Below, in pieces: positions 63,671 to 64,000 of a DNA stretch of 64,000 nucleotides. The position numbers were made by a program, and so were the translations under genes. The notes beneath the pieces were generated by a model, which was not told the DNA's origin, searched no databases, and was given only the letters and a program-made list of their open reading frames with translations. Position 1 is the first letter of the stretch, and every line of letters starts with the position of its first letter. This stretch comes from an uncultured Bacteroidota bacterium (lineage in GTDB: Bacteria; Bacteroidota; Bacteroidia; Chitinophagales; Chitinophagaceae): the NCBI GenBank assembly GCA_903839875.1, contig CAIMDZ010000051.1, positions 9,586 to 73,585 on the forward strand. Direction: 5' to 3'.

Positions 63671-64000
63671 TTAATCTAAGGTGCGCCAAGCCATACGCAA
63701 AGAGGTTTTCCCGAACTTTTTGTATTGTACTAATGAGGCGTAAACACCACGCTGCTCATCGTATGCGGCACCCTCTATAAATCCGGTAACATATTCACCT
63801 TTACCAGGCTCACCAAACAAATAATTCTTAGTCACTTGTTTTTGCTGGTCAACCTTGTAATAAAATGAGTTGGTGTTGTCGAAGGTATATACGGTATCGC
63901 TGCCCCGCTTCAGGTTACTGTTGAAGTTTTTATTGTAGTCGTTATAAATTACGTAATAACACCTGTTGTTTGTGTAAGTATTAAATGACAGGAACTGCCT
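63671..64000 (-). CDS. 3' end of a hypothetical protein, partial (runs off the window)
   Basis: Open frame for 109 codons from 64000 to a TAA at 63671-63673: RQFLSFNTY...YVIYNDYNKN...SLRMAWRTLD*. Confidence 0.7.
   Translation of the reverse strand, partial: RQFLSFNTYTNNRCYYVIYNDYNKNFNSNLKRGSDTVYTFDNTNSFYYKVDQQKQVTKNYLFGEPGKGEYVTGFIEGAAYDEQRGVYASLVQYKKFGKTSLRMAWRTLD

Overview
Chromosomal window from a Bacteroidota organism, probably Chitinophagaceae-like. This is inferred from T9SS type A and type B C-terminal domains, TAnnTTTG promoter boxes, AT-rich translation starts and an ACIII-aa3 operon. Positions 1-26.5 kb hold housekeeping and envelope genes (serC, DUF1015, aldo/keto reductase, AraC regulator, MuiA-like, PstS-like plus TPR, BstA, PlsC, YchF, SpmA/B-like). 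Next come a large T9SS type B adhesin-like gene, two paralogous lipoproteins and a ~3 kb integrase/excisionase remnant (26.6-35.4 kb). A six-gene alternative complex III (actABCDEF) plus aa3 oxidase subunits II and I occupies 37-49 kb. The most unusual region is a ~9.8 kb signalling island (49.5-59.3 kb). It has three histidine kinases sharing a cyclase-type multi-TM sensor (one also with a periplasmic TPR domain), two stand-alone receivers and two receiver-adenylate cyclase fusions, but no DNA-binding output. Other notable items are a secreted NucA/EndoG-like protein with all catalytic residues replaced, a two-copy structured non-coding element (30.35 and 49.27 kb), and several families of REP/MITE-like repeats. 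No rRNA, tRNA or CRISPR array was seen. All family assignments come from motif recognition by eye, not database searches.
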